Below, piece after piece: positions 9,412 through 18,485 of a DNA stretch of 32,000 nt (positions are counted from its first letter, which is position 1; the number at the start of each line of letters is the position of its first letter). Source of the DNA: Candidatus Thorarchaeota archaeon (GTDB lineage Archaea; Asgardarchaeota; Thorarchaeia; Thorarchaeales; Thorarchaeaceae); contig SHMX01000004.1 in NCBI GenBank assembly GCA_008080745.1, positions 60,001 to 92,000 on the forward strand, written 5' to 3'. The notes beneath the pieces were generated by a model that was given only the letters and a program-made list of their open reading frames with translations, was not told where the DNA came from and did not search any database. Made by a program: the position numbers and the translations under genes.

Positions 9412-11979
9412 GTGGCCAGGAAAACGAAATCAAAGACCGTTCAATCTACACTTGGAGATTTGGTAGAAACCGAGTCTAAAACAGATTCAAAGAAGGGAAA
9501 AAAAACCATGAGTCGAAAAAAAGCAACTAAATCAGAGAAAACCACCTCCAAGCTTGACATGAAGAAACTACCTGGAGTTGGGGCAAAAACGCGAGATAGT
9601 CTCATTGAATCTGGTTATAGTACTGTTGAAAAGATAGCGAAATCTAAACCTGCCACCATCTCCAAGAAGGTTGATGGCATAGGAGAATCTACTGCTGAAA
9701 AAATAGTCACAGCAGCTAAAGATATGATCAAGGCAAGTAAACCCGACAAGAAAACCAAAAGGAAGAAACCATCCAAATCAAAGAAAACCACCTCCAAGTT
9801 CGATATGAAGAAACTACCTGGAGTTGGAGAAAAGACTCGTGATAGCCTCATTGAATCTGGTTATAGTACTGTTGAAAAGATAGCTAAAACAAAACCTGCC
9901 ACCATTTCCAAGAAGGTTGATGGCATAGGGGAATCTACTGCTGAAAAAATAGTCACAGCAGCTAAAGATATGATTAAAGCAAGTAAATCCACTAAGAAAA
10001 CTACCAAAAGTAAAAAATCCACTAAATCCAAACCTTCTTCGAAAGTAGATATCAGTCTGGATGAGTTACCTGGGATTGGTTCCAGCACGAAAGAAAAGCT
10101 AATCGAAGCTGGTTATGATTCTATTGATAAAATCGCTTCCGCTGAAACTAGCACTCTTGCTAAAAAAGTTGAAGGGGTAGGCAAAAAAACCGCTACAGAT
10201 GCTATTGCTGAAGCCAAGAAATTAATGAAGACAGACAAACCCCAACCAAGTAGAAAGAAGAAGACAAAGCCAAAGGAATCAGCATCCAAACCCTCACCTG
10301 ATAAGAAATTACTTTTGAAAGATTTACCAGGAATAGGAAAGAAGACTGCTGAAAAGATGGAGGAATCAGGATATGATTCCGTGGTAAGAGTTGCACGTGC
10401 AACACCGGAATCAATTGCCAAACGCGTCAGTGGTATAAGCACTTCAATGGCACAGGATATTGTTGAGGTAGCAAAGGAGCTCGTCAAAAAACAACAAATG
10501 GATGAGATGGCCCAATCAACTAGTACAGAAACCGTACCCGAAGACAAAGCTGAAATGGAAACTGAAGAAGAATCGAAGAAAGAGAAGAAAACACCAAAGT
10601 CTCGAAAGAGCAAGAAAACAAAGAAAGAGAAAACAAAAGAACCCGAGAGTGATAAATCCAAAGTGACTCCCAAAAAGACCTCAAAGAAGCGAACTAGGAA
10701 AAAGCGGACACATAAAACCCCGCAACAAATCCTCGAAGAAAAGAGATCAAAAATCGTCAAGAAGAAATCAGGATTACCCGTGCCAAAAACCATCGTAGCA
10801 CTTACGAAAGAAATGAAAGACAAATGGGCTGTTGCAGAAGCACGAGAGGCTGCCTTTCAGGCTGGGGAACTTTCTGATGAAGAAATGGCTGGAATAGAAG
10901 AAACAATAGAGGTTCTAGACCTGACTCGCAATGAAACAAAGCAGAAGGTAGTAGAGGTTGCCAGGGAGATTCTTCAAGAAACTATGGTGACTGGTCGTCC
11001 AGCTTTTGAAATTCCGAAGAGGTCATCAAGCAATATAGTTTGGGATGAAATACGAGACCTCCTTCTTCTAGGCATGGATACTGTTTCTCGACCATACCAT
11101 TCTCTTGGGAGTGTTGTTGATGCCACTCGTACTGCGAGAGTAATGGAAATAGTCTTTCAGCTTCTAGAGTCCAACCTTCATGCAACGAAACGAGAAGTAT
11201 TCTATAGTGATGTGAATCTCTTTAGAGATCAGAAATATAGTGATAGAATTCTGGAAGATGTTGCATCAATGCTTCACACAACTCGTGATAGTATACATGT
11301 TGTAGCATCTGCTAGGGGCTCTGCTATGGGTCGAGTAGTAATTAGAGATGGTGGTGATCTCATTGACCTGACAAAAATGGGTACTGGAGGATGGGCAATC
11401 ACTCCTTTCCTTGATCAGGTTGAGATTGTGGAAAGCGATGCTGAATATATTCTACTATCTGAGAAGGACGCCGCTGTAATGCGTCTGGCTGAAGCAAAAT
11501 ATTGGAATCGTGAACCCTGTATTGTATTAACTGGAAAGGGTTCAGGAGATATTGCAACGCGTGCATTTCTTAAGAAGTTAGTTAAGGAGCTTGAAATACC
11601 TGCCTTTGCCCTGGTGGATTCGGATCCTTATGGACACTATATCTATTCCGTTTTCCTTCGTGGAAGTAAAAGATTAAGCTACGAATCTCCTTTTATTGCT
11701 ACTCCTGAATTGAAACTACTTGGTGTGCTTTCAAGAGATCTCGATGAATACAGTATCCCAAAGGCTGTCAGGATACCCATGGAGGCAACTGACATTAAAC
11801 GTGTAAAGGATATGATTGATGAGCCATTTGTAAAGTCCAACAAGGAGTGGGTAAAGGATCTCAAACTCATGCTTAAAATTAAAGAAAAAGCAGAGATACA
11901 AGCTTTTGCCAGTCACTCTTTCAGTTACCTTACAGATGAATATATACCTACCAAGCTTGAAACTGGTGACTGGATTTAG
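9412..11979 (+). CDS. top6A: DNA topoisomerase VI subunit A (Spo11 homologue) with an N-terminal arm of four (HhH)2 modules
   Basis: The C-terminal ~355 aa carry catalytic TKREVFY (Tyr at 11203-11205), TOPRIM EKDA, TGKG, DSDPYG and KAEIQA. The N-terminal ~500 aa carry four LPG(V/I)G...G(I/V)(G/S) repeats and Lys-rich linkers. GGAGG lies upstream of the GTG start. Confidence 0.93.
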   Translation: MARKTKSKTVQSTLGDLVETESKTDSKKGKKTMSRKKATKSEKTTSKLDMKKLPGVGAKTRDSLIESGYSTVEKIAKSKPATISKKVDGIGESTAEKIVTAAKDMIKASKPDKKTKRKKPSKSKKTTSKFDMKKLPGVGEKTRDSLIESGYSTVEKIAKTKPATISKKVDGIGESTAEKIVTAAKDMIKASKSTKKTTKSKKSTKSKPSSKVDISLDELPGIGSSTKEKLIEAGYDSIDKIASAETSTLAKKVEGVGKKTATDAIAEAKKLMKTDKPQPSRKKKTKPKESASKPSPDKKLLLKDLPGIGKKTAEKMEESGYDSVVRVARATPESIAKRVSGISTSMAQDIVEVAKELVKKQQMDEMAQSTSTETVPEDKAEMETEEESKKEKKTPKSRKSKKTKKEKTKEPESDKSKVTPKKTSKKRTRKKRTHKTPQQILEEKRSKIVKKKSGLPVPKTIVALTKEMKDKWAVAEAREAAFQAGELSDEEMAGIEETIEVLDLTRNETKQKVVEVAREILQETMVTGRPAFEIPKRSSSNIVWDEIRDLLLLGMDTVSRPYHSLGSVVDATRTARVMEIVFQLLESNLHATKREVFYSDVNLFRDQKYSDRILEDVASMLHTTRDSIHVVASARGSAMGRVVIRDGGDLIDLTKMGTGGWAITPFLDQVEIVESDAEYILLSEKDAAVMRLAEAKYWNREPCIVLTGKGSGDIATRAFLKKLVKELEIPAFALVDSDPYGHYIYSVFLRGSKRLSYESPFIATPELKLLGVLSRDLDEYSIPKAVRIPMEATDIKRVKDMIDEPFVKSNKEWVKDLKLMLKIKEKAEIQAFASHSFSYLTDEYIPTKLETGDWI
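9538..9987 (+). repeat. In-frame direct repeat: two 204-bp copies (9538-9741 and 9784-9987), period 246 bp = 82 codons
   Basis: The copies are nearly identical at DNA level, e.g. ATTGAATCTGGTTATAGTACTGTTGAAAAGATAGC and GAATCTACTGCTGAAAAAATAGTCACAGCAGCTAAAGATATGAT occur in both. Confidence 0.97.
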
Positions 11980-11990
11980 TTCCAGTCACC
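11965..11990. terminator. Perfect 10-bp hairpin with the top6A stop codon in the loop, followed by a pyrimidine tract
   Basis: GGTGACTGGA-tttagt-TCCAGTCACC then CTCTCTCTTTTTTC; TAG at 11977-11979. Confidence 0.6.
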
Positions 11991-12105
11991 CTCTCTCTTT
12001 TTTCATCTATTAAATACCTGTTCAGAAAATGATTCTAATTCCTTTTTGGATAAAGTGATAAGCAGATTCTCTAATACATAAACAATAGTTAAACGGGGTT
12101 GAATT

Positions 12106-13026
12106 ATGCCAGTAGAAGAGCTAGATAATTTGGAAGTCATTGATGCCCATGCCCACTTTTTCACCTATTCGATGCTGAAGGAATGGTTTTCAGATCCTAA
12201 GAATGTTGAGCGAATGAAAGCTCGAGTCAAATATCAGACTGATGTAGGAAAATTTGAGTTACCAGATGAAGAGTGGGATATAGGACAGATGTGGATTGAT
12301 GAAATGGATAGGTATGGTATATCTGCAATGGGTATGATGATTAGTCCTCAGGCTTGGGATGAATTCAATGAGGCAAGGAAAAAATTTCCTGGGCGATTTC
12401 TTGGATATGCTCAAATAGATCCAGATCAAGATCCTGTTGAAACTGTGAAACGAGCGGGGAGGGATGGATTTCAAGGCATTAAGCTATATCCAAGCTCGGG
12501 GAAACACCATGTATATGAGAGAGACCTTTTCTACCCAATCTATGAGGAGGCAAAGAAAAATAACTTGTTGGTCATTATCCATTTTGGAATAACAATTGGA
12601 AATGAAGCAAATTTACGGTATGGAAATCCTTTGGACATCCAAAGACCTGCTCTTGATTTTCCAGAACTTAATTTCATGATTGCCCATTTTGGTGCTGGAT
12701 TCTTTCGAGAGGTACTAATGTTAATGTATCAGACAGAGAATGTTGTCATGGATAGCAGTGGAAGTAATAGCTGGATGACATATCTTCCATATGATTTGAC
12801 AATTCAAAAAATATTCGAGAAGGCTCTTCGAGCAGGTGCCTCCTGTCGCATTGTTTTTGGGACCGATTCTTCCTTTTTCCCCCGTGGCTTTAGGTACAAC
12901 ATTCTTGAGGAGCAATATCAGGCAGTTAAAGCATTATGTCCCCAGCTTTGTTATTCAGATGAAGACATTTCTCTGATCTTTAAGGAGAATATACTGCGGC
13001 TTACTGATTTTCAGCTTGACATCTGA
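12106..13026 (+). CDS. Amidohydrolase superfamily protein (Amidohydro_2-like)
   Basis: DAHAH, GIKLYP, IHFG, IAHFG and FGTDS motifs. Confidence 0.9.
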   Translation: MPVEELDNLEVIDAHAHFFTYSMLKEWFSDPKNVERMKARVKYQTDVGKFELPDEEWDIGQMWIDEMDRYGISAMGMMISPQAWDEFNEARKKFPGRFLGYAQIDPDQDPVETVKRAGRDGFQGIKLYPSSGKHHVYERDLFYPIYEEAKKNNLLVIIHFGITIGNEANLRYGNPLDIQRPALDFPELNFMIAHFGAGFFREVLMLMYQTENVVMDSSGSNSWMTYLPYDLTIQKIFEKALRAGASCRIVFGTDSSFFPRGFRYNILEEQYQAVKALCPQLCYSDEDISLIFKENILRLTDFQLDI

Positions 13027-13028
13027 TT

Positions 13029-14315
13029 TCATGCACGCATAATTTTCTTCTCAAGCTTGCCAAGCCGTTTATGCTCATCACCAAGTTTGTACTTCTCTGC
13101 AGCTTGTTTATATTTCTTTAAAGCTCCCCTACTATCTCCCTTTTTGGAAAAGGTATCCCCTTCGGATTCTAATTCTTTACCCCAGTCTCTGTAGCTCTCT
13201 CTAACTTTCTCAGCACATTTCGCTCTCTTTTTTGCGTCTGTAGTGAACATAAAAATTTCTCTAGCTTTTCGATATTGTACAATAGCCCATTCATATTCAC
13301 CAGATTTCTGGTGTCTCTCTGCAAGGTCATAATGGTCTTGAGCCATCTCTCCATAACCTTTGTCGATAAGCTGGGTACAATCTTCAATCATCTTTTCGTT
13401 ATTAGCTCGTTCATAGAGTTTCTTGGCTTTTTCGAATGATTCTATACTTTCTTCGTATTCTCTTTCTTCAAGATGTCTTTCTCCAGCCTCTATTCTTGCT
13501 TGACCCATTGCCTCATAAACATAAGGAGGATATTCGAATTCATCACCCGTAAGAGATATTCCACAGTTTGGACATGATGGAGTATCCAATTCTTTCATCG
13601 GTTCTTCAATTCTAACTCTATCAGGTTTTCCCACTACTACATCTATAAAATCTCTACTTACACCTCTACCCTCGGGGAAAAGATGGGCTACAGCATCTCG
13701 TGTCTTGTCCTCTTCTTTATCCGTAAACAAATGAGATGGAGTGGCCTCTGGGACATCAACTACTTTTGGAGGTTCTACCTCATCAAAGGGCATACCTTCC
13801 TTTACATCGGACTCGACCTCATCCCATGTCATATCCGCAGGTGATTCCTCATATTCTTTAACAACAAAATCCGGGGGTGTATCTGATACTCTAGGTGGTT
13901 CAATTTCTTTTAGCCCTCCTAACTCTTCAACACTGTCTTCGACTTCCCATTTCAGTTCATCTGCAGTTGCAGGAGTTGTGGGTTCATCTAATGGAATATC
14001 ATCTGGCAAATCTGATTCCTCTTCAATACCTAAAAGGTCATCTGGAATCTCTGGAAGTTCTGCTCCTGAATCCATCTTTTCTTCTGTTGGTGAGCTTGTT
14101 GGATCATCCTCAAAAAATGCCAAAGCCTCTGCCATCAGTTCCTCGTCCTGTTCATCAAATTCAATTTCTTCATTTGATAATTCTGGTTCTTCATATGGTT
14201 TGGTATCAGCTACTGGTTCGACATCTTCTGGGATTCGTGCACCACATTTTATGCAAAATGTCGAACCCATTCCTATTTTTTGACCACATTCTGGACATAT
14301 TATTGATGGAGACAT
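13029..14315 (-). CDS. Zinc-ribbon / acidic low-complexity / TPR-like repeat protein
   Basis: N-terminal CPECG...CIKCG, a ~200-aa D/E/P-rich region, an internal CPNCG, and three helical repeats of the G/A-x6-(Y/S)-x2-A/S-x3-Y/F-x2-A type. Confidence 0.65.
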   Translation of the reverse strand: MSPSIICPECGQKIGMGSTFCIKCGARIPEDVEPVADTKPYEEPELSNEEIEFDEQDEELMAEALAFFEDDPTSSPTEEKMDSGAELPEIPDDLLGIEEESDLPDDIPLDEPTTPATADELKWEVEDSVEELGGLKEIEPPRVSDTPPDFVVKEYEESPADMTWDEVESDVKEGMPFDEVEPPKVVDVPEATPSHLFTDKEEDKTRDAVAHLFPEGRGVSRDFIDVVVGKPDRVRIEEPMKELDTPSCPNCGISLTGDEFEYPPYVYEAMGQARIEAGERHLEEREYEESIESFEKAKKLYERANNEKMIEDCTQLIDKGYGEMAQDHYDLAERHQKSGEYEWAIVQYRKAREIFMFTTDAKKRAKCAEKVRESYRDWGKELESEGDTFSKKGDSRGALKKYKQAAEKYKLGDEHKRLGKLEKKIMRA

Positions 14316-14396
14316 TCTTTGACCTACCTAGGCTATACACTTAGAGCTATGCTAAAGCGCATATGAACAATTTTGGTATCATTGTACCAGTTCTCG

Positions 14397-15032
14397 TTAC
14401 AAATACACAATTGGAACATATAGGATTGTGTATGTGGCTATAGTAATCAATACACCCATAGTGACTCCCATTATTGATTGGATGAGGGTATGTTGCTTAA
14501 GATATGTTCTGGACCAAACCACTCCAATCCAAAGAAGCACCACTGGTAGTGCTAGTATTCCGTATATGAATATGAGTGCTGTTCCAGGTCCACCAACTCC
14601 AGCTCCATGAACCGATACTTTTGAAACCTGATTGGCGATCAGCACTCCAGTTGTTACTGTAATATATGCCGCTGAGAGCACTCGCATGACATCACACTGT
14701 AATAATCCATAGATGATATACGCAAGCATGTACCATAAAATAGCATTCAAGAAGAATTTCGGTCTATTTGCACGTTCTGATACATCTAAATCAACACTTC
14801 CTTTCCATGCCGCAAGGATTATGGGTACAACTGGTAAAATCACCATGAACATTATGCAGATTAGAATCACTTCTACATATCCGAGAATCGGGCCAAGACC
14901 AATTGGTGAAGTTAGTGCAATGATAATCCCTACATAGAGGTTGATTAGCGGTGCCGGTGTTAATCTTGATACTGTTCGTGCTACAGTTAATCTATCACCC
15001 TCTAGATCAATTAACTCATCGTTGTATTGCAT
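14397..15032 (-). CDS. PAP2-superfamily-related membrane protein
   Basis: About 6 TM segments; KVSVHG and WSRTYLKQHT-x2-Q resemble PAP2 C2/C3 motifs. Confidence 0.65.
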   Translation of the reverse strand: MQYNDELIDLEGDRLTVARTVSRLTPAPLINLYVGIIIALTSPIGLGPILGYVEVILICIMFMVILPVVPIILAAWKGSVDLDVSERANRPKFFLNAILWYMLAYIIYGLLQCDVMRVLSAAYITVTTGVLIANQVSKVSVHGAGVGGPGTALIFIYGILALPVVLLWIGVVWSRTYLKQHTLIQSIMGVTMGVLITIATYTILYVPIVYL

Positions 15033-15185
15033 TTCTTCTCAATCCAATTATTTCATGGTATTCTTCTCTATTCAGTTCCATATCTGTTAAAAGGAATCCC
15101 CATTTTCCGATAGGTGTTTATTACAGTAAACCTTTTCTTACCGAAATCACCAGTTGACTAGACGGGGTTTTACAAAAAGAACCCG

Positions 15186-15512
15186 TTGGGGATGTGCAAA
15201 AACATGCCAGCAATGCCAAAACGCGAGATCTTTGAACAAATAATTCAGAACATTACGAGCAAATATCCTGACGTGTATGCTGCGTTGTTTATCAGCCCTG
15301 AAGGATTTCCAATCAACTCTTGGGGTCTATCAATGGAGCGAGCAGAGGAGGTATCAGCACTGCTAAGTTCTCTGATAGGAAAAACGAAAGAAATTATCTT
15401 CCAAGTGAAGGAAGGAGCAGATATGCAATTTATAGATGTCCAGACAACCCAAGGTCGAATACGAATTGCTCCACAACCTGAATACATCCTTGTGACCATG
15501 GCACACGCATAG
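15186..15512 (+). CDS. Roadblock/LC7 domain protein
   Basis: alpha-beta-beta-alpha-beta-beta-beta pattern (YPDVYAALFISPEGFPI...EEVSALLSSLIG...FIDVQTTQGRIRIAP..EYILVTM). The true start may be one of the downstream ATGs. Confidence 0.85.
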   Translation: MGMCKNMPAMPKREIFEQIIQNITSKYPDVYAALFISPEGFPINSWGLSMERAEEVSALLSSLIGKTKEIIFQVKEGADMQFIDVQTTQGRIRIAPQPEYILVTMAHA

Positions 15513-15601
15513 ACAAATTAGCAATAAGTAAGATATGGCATTCAATGAACGCCATCTCCTCTTGTGTCAAACTTTATAGGCTTTGATAGTGAGCTCCATA
15601 T

Positions 15602-16543
15602 TTGGGGAATGTATTGGCCGATATTGCTTTCTCTACTACCAATCTAACAAAATTATATGGACTGACTACTGCACTGGATAGAGTTGATGCTGAAGCACCT
15701 CTAAGGTCCGTTGGTCTTCTGGGCCCTAATGGTGCAGGGAAAACCACTCTAATTCGAATATTATTAGGTCTTATTTCTCCAACTTCGGGCTCCTTCAAAG
15801 TATTGGGTTTGGATGCTTCAGAATCGATGAATGAGATACGTGATAGGATTGGGTATTCTCCTGAGTTTTCACCCATGATTCCTGAAGTAAGTGCTATGAA
15901 GTATGTGGCTTTCATGGGACAACTTTCGGGGCTTAAATCAGTAGAGGCTTCACAACGAGCACATGACACACTCCATTATGTTGGTCTAGGTGAGGAAAGG
16001 TATCGTCCCTTGCGTGAATTTAGTACTGGCATGATGCAGAAATGCAAACTTGCGGCTGCGCTGGTACATGATCCTGATTTTGTTATATTGGACGAACCGA
16101 CGGATGGACTTGACCCAAAAGGAAGAAAACAGATGCTTGATCTAATCAAGCGTTTATATACCGAGGAAGGAAAGAGCGTAATGGTATCATCTCATCTTCT
16201 CTTTGATGTTGAGAAGGTTTGCGATTATGTACTTGTATTAGGCCAGGGCAAGCTGATATCTGCTGGTAGTATTTCTGAACTTCTCATGAGTGACTCGGAT
16301 GTTATCCGTGTTCGCATAAAAGGTGATTCCAGTCGTTTTGCAGAATTATTACGTAATAAAAATCTGGAAGTCACACTCGATGATGGTTACCTCGATGTTG
16401 CACGTGTTGATAACATCGAGATGATTTTACTTGAGGAGATTCATCGAGACCCAAATGTGAGTCTCCGATATATGGGACGAAGAAAACAAACCCTTGAGGA
16501 CGTATTTGTTTCTATTGTTGAAGGGAGAAGTGATATGGAATGA
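15602..16543 (+). CDS. ABC transporter ATP-binding protein (ABC-2 exporter type)
   Basis: Walker A GPNGAGKTT, signature FSTGMMQK, Walker B ILDEPTDGLDP, SSH switch. Confidence 0.95.
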   Translation: MGNVLADIAFSTTNLTKLYGLTTALDRVDAEAPLRSVGLLGPNGAGKTTLIRILLGLISPTSGSFKVLGLDASESMNEIRDRIGYSPEFSPMIPEVSAMKYVAFMGQLSGLKSVEASQRAHDTLHYVGLGEERYRPLREFSTGMMQKCKLAAALVHDPDFVILDEPTDGLDPKGRKQMLDLIKRLYTEEGKSVMVSSHLLFDVEKVCDYVLVLGQGKLISAGSISELLMSDSDVIRVRIKGDSSRFAELLRNKNLEVTLDDGYLDVARVDNIEMILLEEIHRDPNVSLRYMGRRKQTLEDVFVSIVEGRSDME

Positions 16544-17529
16544 GTGATGAGAAAAAGACAGATGATACCTATGTTCGAAAATTTGGATTTCGTCGTTTTT
16601 CTGGTGTCCGTGAGAATCGTATCAACCGGGTTATTACTGTTGCTTGGTTCAATCTTATTGAATCAATAAAGCAGTCTGGATTAACTAAGTTGCTACTTAT
16701 TTTCATGTTCTTTTCGTTACTAATTCAAGATGCCCTTCTTATCGTTTTAAGCACGTTTCTTCCCTTTGGAATTATTGGGGACATTACAATCACCGAATTA
16801 TTTCGGGGTGCATACATCGATTCGGTTCTTGGTATGGTTTCTCTTACCAATCGAATTACAACTCCATTAACGGCATCCATGAGCTTTTTTACATCCTTTA
16901 CCTCTGTGACAACGAGTTTTATCTGGTTACTTCTTTTAGTAAGAATCGGGGGCGGGCTAATTGCTGATGATCGTCTCTATAGAACGACAGAGATGTATTT
17001 ATCCAGAATATCAAGGATTGAATATCTGATTGGCAAATTAGGAAGTCTCGTCATTTTCTCATGCATTATCGTGGTACTTCCCGCACTGATTCAATTCTTC
17101 TTGTTAGGAGCTGGTCTTCAAATCGATTTATTATTTCATCTTGACCTCCTGTTCTGGGCATTCGGTTTTACCTTTACTGCGGCAGTAATTTTGAGTTTCT
17201 TTGTTTTATCAATCTCCAGTCTTACTGAGCGTAGAAACGTTGCAACATTAGCCTCGTTTATACTAGCTCTCTCATTGTCGATTCTTCCTACGGCGATAGG
17301 TGGAGCTTTTGCAACCGGTACAGCGTTTCTTGCCTTAGATTTTGTAGGATGCATTGCTGTTTCTGCTCTAGTTATCCTAGGTTTTGATTCCATTTTGGTG
17401 AATTTTCAGACTGTTGATTTGTTCGATAACGCTGGTTTTGAGGCATATATGAGCTTTGCAAGTACTTTGGTTGTAGTTCTTATTTGTGGCGTAATTATGG
17501 TGAATTTTATGTATCGGGAGGGCAGCTAA
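16540..17529 (+). CDS. ABC-2 type permease
   Basis: ATGA overlap with the upstream ATPase; about 6 TM segments; GGGLIADD...EMYLSRISRIEYLIGKL motif. Confidence 0.85.
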   Translation: MSDEKKTDDTYVRKFGFRRFSGVRENRINRVITVAWFNLIESIKQSGLTKLLLIFMFFSLLIQDALLIVLSTFLPFGIIGDITITELFRGAYIDSVLGMVSLTNRITTPLTASMSFFTSFTSVTTSFIWLLLLVRIGGGLIADDRLYRTTEMYLSRISRIEYLIGKLGSLVIFSCIIVVLPALIQFFLLGAGLQIDLLFHLDLLFWAFGFTFTAAVILSFFVLSISSLTERRNVATLASFILALSLSILPTAIGGAFATGTAFLALDFVGCIAVSALVILGFDSILVNFQTVDLFDNAGFEAYMSFASTLVVVLICGVIMVNFMYREGS

Positions 17530-18473
17530 TGGTTGTTATCGAACTGAAAGATATCTCAAAGTCGTACGATGAAATCGTAGCACTGAGTCGTTTCAATATG
17601 CGCGTTAAGACTGGCTCTATTACTGGTTTCGTTGGCCCCAATGGTGCTGGAAAGTCAACGACACTACGTATCATCACCGGACTTGCCCGGACTGATGAAG
17701 GAACCGCTAGACTATTCGGAATAGATCCCTATGACAATCCAAGAGTTAAAGCACGTTTTGGTTTTGTTTCAGAGCATGATGATCTCTATACCTGGGCAAG
17801 TGTAGAAGAATCCGTAAAACTACTTTCACGTCTTTCTCGTCCACTCAAAAGAGGAATCACTTCAGACGTTGATATGGCAATTTCATCAGTAGGCATGTCA
17901 AAATTCAAAGAACGTCTCGTATCACAGCTCTCCAAGGGTATGCGTCAACGAGTCAAGATTGCTGCTGCTCTGGTACATAATCCAGAACTTCTAATTTTGG
18001 ACGAACCTATGGGTGGTCTGGATCCACTTGGTCGGCGTACAATCATGAACCTATTGAAACAACTGAATCGAGAAGAGGGTGTAACTGTCCTTGTTTCCAG
18101 TCATGTTCTGGAGGAATTGGAAAATTATGTCGACCGGGTCACATTGATTCACAGGGGTCAAACCTTAGCAGAAGGTAACCCTGACAAAATTCGTAGTTTT
18201 ATCTATACCTATCCTCATGAGATTATTTACCGGGCAAGAAAGCCCGCAATGGCAAAAATAAACAGTCAAGTTGTGAAGCATGAGGATTTATTGCGTAGTC
18301 TATCTCTACATATTATAGATGATGATATTTTGGAATGTCGCATAGTAACACAGAATCCTGAGAGGTTCTATGATGAATTAGTAAGAATATCTGTTGAGGA
18401 GAACTCTCCTATCCTTTCTGTTGACACCCAATCTGAGAGTGTTGAAAAATTATTCGAATTTCTTGTTTCCTAA
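17529..18473 (+). CDS. ABC transporter ATP-binding protein (second)
   Basis: GPNGAGKST, LSKGMRQR, LDEPMGGLDP, SSH. The start is moved from 17484 to the ATG at 17529, which forms a TAATG overlap with the permease stop. Confidence 0.93.
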   Translation: MVVIELKDISKSYDEIVALSRFNMRVKTGSITGFVGPNGAGKSTTLRIITGLARTDEGTARLFGIDPYDNPRVKARFGFVSEHDDLYTWASVEESVKLLSRLSRPLKRGITSDVDMAISSVGMSKFKERLVSQLSKGMRQRVKIAAALVHNPELLILDEPMGGLDPLGRRTIMNLLKQLNREEGVTVLVSSHVLEELENYVDRVTLIHRGQTLAEGNPDKIRSFIYTYPHEIIYRARKPAMAKINSQVVKHEDLLRSLSLHIIDDDILECRIVTQNPERFYDELVRISVEENSPILSVDTQSESVEKLFEFLVS

Positions 18474-18485
18474 GGTGGAATAGAA

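Noticed and set aside
10113-10823. Long antisense ORFs in the track (e.g. 51..320, 842..1084, 2990..3643, 9615..9851, 10113..10823, 13741..14283, 15574..15969, 29061..29447)
   Set aside because: They lie opposite well-supported genes, and their Ser/Phe/Leu-rich composition is the mirror of Lys/Glu-rich sense codons. These are shadow ORFs.
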